A stretch of DNA of 64,000 nt from Burkholderiales bacterium (GTDB taxonomy: Bacteria > Pseudomonadota > Gammaproteobacteria > Burkholderiales > Rhodocyclaceae): positions 3,771 through 67,770 of the forward strand of contig JBBSCQ010000006.1 in assembly GCA_038250105.1 (NCBI GenBank), read 5' to 3'. Positions 61,572-64,000 of the stretch are shown piece after piece. The notes under the pieces are model-generated. The model saw nothing but the letters and a program-made list of their open reading frames with translations, had not been told where the DNA came from and did no database searches. The position numbers were made by a program, and so were the translations under genes. Each line of letters starts with the position of its first letter. Positions within the stretch are counted from its first letter, which is position 1.

Positions 61572-61670
61572 AAAATTGATTTAATCAACGGCTCCTTAAG
61601 GCTTCCTGATAACCACCAATGTTGATCAGTGAGACCAACACGTTCAAACGCACCCCGAAAAGCCAACCCC

Positions 61671-61696
61671 AAAAACAAAAGCCCCCAAGCGGGGGC
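61671..61696 (-). terminator. rho-independent terminator after icd
   Basis: The minus strand reads GCCCCC-GCTT-GGGGGC followed by TTTTGTTTTT, about 28 nt after the icd stop. Confidence 0.85.
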
Positions 61697-61723
61697 CTCT
61701 GTTCAACCATGAAAGCGCAACGT

Positions 61724-62965
61724 CTACATTCTTGCGATCATCGCATCGCCAAATTCCGAGCAGGACAACTCGTCAGCCCCTTCCATCAGGCGGGCGAAGT
61801 CATAGGTTACTTGCTTGTCGCCGATGGCGGCTTCCATCGCCTTGATGACCAGATTGGCCGCGTCGACCCAGCCGAGATGGCGCAGCATCATTTCGGCGGA
61901 GAGAATCAGCGAACCGGGGTTAACTTTATCCAGACCAGCGTATTTGGGGGCCGTGCCGTGGGTGGCTTCAAAACAGGCGTACTGGTCGGAGATGTTCGCC
62001 CCCGGGGCAATGCCAATGCCGCCGACTTGGGCGGCCAGCGCGTCGGAGATGTAGTCGCCGTTCAGGTTGGTGGTGACGATGGTGTCGTATTCGGCCGGAC
62101 GGAGCAGAATCTGCTGCAGGAAGGCGTCGGCAATGGAGTCTTTGACGATGACTTCGCGACCGCTGTTCGGGTTCTTGAACTTGCACCACGGGCCGCCATC
62201 AATCATCTCAGCACCGAACTCTTCCTGGGCGATCTTGTAGGCAACGTCACGGAACAGGCCTTCGGTGAATTTCATGATGTTGCCCTTGTGCACGATGGTC
62301 AGCGACTTGCGGTCGTTGGCGATAACGTACTTGAGGGCGGCACGGACCAGACGGGTAGTGCCTTCAACGGAAATCGGCTTGATGCCGATGCCGGAGGTGA
62401 GCGGGAAGCGAATTTTCTTGACGCCCATTTCATCTTGCAGAAATTTGATGACTTTTTTGGCGCCCTCAGAATCGGCAGCCCATTCGATACCGGCGTAAAT
62501 ATCTTCGGTGTTCTCGCGGAAGATCACCATATTGGTCAGTTCCGGGTGCTTCAGCGGCGACGGCACGCCTTTGAAGTATTGCACCGGCCGGACGCACTGG
62601 TAGAGATCGAGTTCCTGACGCAGCGCCACATTCAGGGAGCGAATGCCGCCACCGACCGGCGTCGTCATTGGGCCCTTGATTGAAACGGCGTACTCTTTCA
62701 GGGCATCGAAAGTTTCCTTCGGGAACCACTCATCCGGCCCGTACAGACGGGTGGATTTTTCGCCAGCATAAACTTCCATCCAGTGAATTTTGTTTTTGCC
62801 GCCATAAGCCTTGTCGACCGCAGCATCAATCACTTTGATCATGACGGGGGTGATGTCGATCCCGATGCCATCGCCTTCGATGAAGGGGATGATCGGATTG
62901 TTCGGCGTCGCCTGCCCCGGAACGATTTTCTGACCACCTTGTGGCACGTTGATGTGTGATGTCAT
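61724..62965 (-). CDS. icd: NADP-dependent isocitrate dehydrogenase (homodimeric type)
   Basis: [35 protein letters not shown] (contains the AceK-target serine context), and [25 protein letters not shown]. Start at MTSHINVP. Confidence 0.97.
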   Translation of the reverse strand: MTSHINVPQGGQKIVPGQATPNNPIIPFIEGDGIGIDITPVMIKVIDAAVDKAYGGKNKIHWMEVYAGEKSTRLYGPDEWFPKETFDALKEYAVSIKGPMTTPVGGGIRSLNVALRQELDLYQCVRPVQYFKGVPSPLKHPELTNMVIFRENTEDIYAGIEWAADSEGAKKVIKFLQDEMGVKKIRFPLTSGIGIKPISVEGTTRLVRAALKYVIANDRKSLTIVHKGNIMKFTEGLFRDVAYKIAQEEFGAEMIDGGPWCKFKNPNSGREVIVKDSIADAFLQQILLRPAEYDTIVTTNLNGDYISDALAAQVGGIGIAPGANISDQYACFEATHGTAPKYAGLDKVNPGSLILSAEMMLRHLGWVDAANLVIKAMEAAIGDKQVTYDFARLMEGADELSCSEFGDAMIARM

Positions 62966-63151
62966 GTTCACTCCTTCACTGTGTTTTGACGACCGGCCTG
63001 ATGGCCCTGGACGCGACTGGCGCGTGGCCAACCTAGTTGATTCAGGCTGGCAGCGCGATGATTATGCGTGAATAAATGCACGACTGCCAGTGACTTGCGA
63101 ACTTTATGACGGTGTTAAAATTGCTCTTTCCGTGCAGCACAAATCGCGTTC

Positions 63152-64000
63152 ATGAAAATCTCTGTCGGCCTCTACGGCACCACTGCCCACCAGATCGCGC
63201 TCGCCCTTATTCAGGGCTTCAACAAGCACTACAGCTTGTTCCGCGAAACCAGCAAGGAGGCCAAGACCCGCTTCGAACGCGGTGACTGGCTGGGCGCGCA
63301 CAAGGCAGTCAAGGAACGCATCCGCTTTTATGACGACCGCGTCAACGAAAGCGTTGAACGGCTGCGCAACGAGTTCGACGCTCAAAATATCGAAGACGCC
63401 ACCTGGCAGCAGGTCAAGCTGCTCTACATCGGCTTGTTGCTTAACCACAAGCAACCGGAACTGGCCGAAACCTTCTTTAACTCAGTCACCACCAAGATTC
63501 TCAATCGCGACTATTTTCGCAATGAGTTCATTTTTGTTCGCCCGACCGTGTCGACCGAGAACATCGAATCCGAATTCACCCCGACCTATCGCAGCTATTA
63601 CGCCATGGACGACGGGCTGCGCGGCACGATTCGCCATATCGTTCAGGATTTCGAATGGCAACGCCCCTTTACTGATCTGGCGCGCGACGTCAATCACGTC
63701 TATCACGCCGTTCGCCGTTACCTGAAAGAGATGCCGGCCCGGGATGTAAATTTCCAGATTCAGGTGCTCGGCTCGGCGTTCTACCGCAACAAGGCGGCCT
63801 ATATTATCGGCAAGGCAATTAATGGCGCGGCCGAATATCCTTTTGCCATTCCAGTGCTGCACGATGAGAACGGCAAGTTGTTCCTCGACACCATCCTGCT
63901 GGACGCTTGGCGCATCGGCCTGCTCTTCTCGCTGTCGCGCGCCTATTTTATGGTCGAGATGGAAGTGCCCTCGGGCTATGTTCAGTTCCTGCGCTCCATC
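63152..64000 (+). CDS. aceK: isocitrate dehydrogenase kinase/phosphatase AceK, N-terminal part (runs off the right edge)
   Basis: Own translation; not in the ORF track because there is no stop in the window. MKISVGLYGTTAHQIALALIQGFNKHYSLFRETSKEAKTRFERGDWLGAHKAVKERIRFYDDRV...FFNSVTTKILNRDYF...FYRNKAAYIIGKAI...LLFSLSRAYFMVEM is collinear with AceK as I remember it. Confidence 0.88.
   Translation, partial: MKISVGLYGTTAHQIALALIQGFNKHYSLFRETSKEAKTRFERGDWLGAHKAVKERIRFYDDRVNESVERLRNEFDAQNIEDATWQQVKLLYIGLLLNHKQPELAETFFNSVTTKILNRDYFRNEFIFVRPTVSTENIESEFTPTYRSYYAMDDGLRGTIRHIVQDFEWQRPFTDLARDVNHVYHAVRRYLKEMPARDVNFQIQVLGSAFYRNKAAYIIGKAINGAAEYPFAIPVLHDENGKLFLDTILLDAWRIGLLFSLSRAYFMVEMEVPSGYVQFLRSI

Noticed and set aside
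59059-61700. Search for an integrase, transposase, tRNA attachment site or inverted terminal repeats that would define the islet as an autonomous mobile element
   Set aside because: I recognised none on either strand. I therefore do not call a mobile_element feature, and report only the repeat structure.
61619-62683. 354-aa plus-strand ORF overlapping icd
   Set aside because: Antisense to the clearly recognisable isocitrate dehydrogenase. The same reasoning applies to 19122-19979 (opposite ilvC), 21604-22293 (opposite ilvI), 234-770 (opposite amiC), 5951-6619 (opposite the Rieske oxygenase) and 45980-46834 (opposite the aldo/keto reductase).

Overview
This 64-kb chromosomal segment reads like a Betaproteobacterium of the Rhodocyclales (Dechloromonas/Azonexus-like) type. 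That placement is my inference from protein sequences and synteny; GC is roughly 58-60% by eye.

I can support about 70 protein genes, almost all recognisable housekeeping:
- amiC-tsaE, divergent from queG
- xseB-ispA-dxs and folE2
- rpsP-rimM-trmD-rplS
- ilvI-ilvN-ilvC-pssA-leuA (transcription order, minus strand)
- ECF sigma + DUF3619 + DUF3106 + RDD
- lptF-lptG, divergent from pepA-holC-(small ORF)-valS
- tusA followed by a fused pabB-pabC
- an M48 protease, then moaC-soxY-soxZ
- cspA, clpS-clpA, rraA
- a split glyoxylate-shunt set: aceA, LysR/aceB, and about 16 kb away icd divergent from aceK
- lrgAB, a PAS histidine kinase with a FixJ-type regulator, an sCache chemoreceptor, a CoA-transferase and murI

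I saw no rRNA, tRNA, CRISPR array, integrase or transposase.

Signals worth a second look:
1. The 12-mer GCTGCGGTCRAC is strongly over-represented (9 exact copies; 17 copies of its 10-nt core). It occurs in genes and just after stop codons, which looks like a DNA-uptake-signal or Chi-like genomic word.
2. A small accessory islet (59.1-61.5 kb) carries a HigB2/HigA2-like toxin-antitoxin pair, a 2-TM protein and an orphan 287-aa low-complexity protein. It is bracketed by a 53-nt direct repeat of the murI 3' end and abuts a perfect 27-bp inverted repeat of the dRS3/REP kind.
3. Two conserved genes (pabBC and the ECF sigma) have homology extending upstream of any canonical start codon.
4. Several intergenic palindromes and repeats may be regulatory.

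All counts and alignments were done by eye and need computational confirmation.
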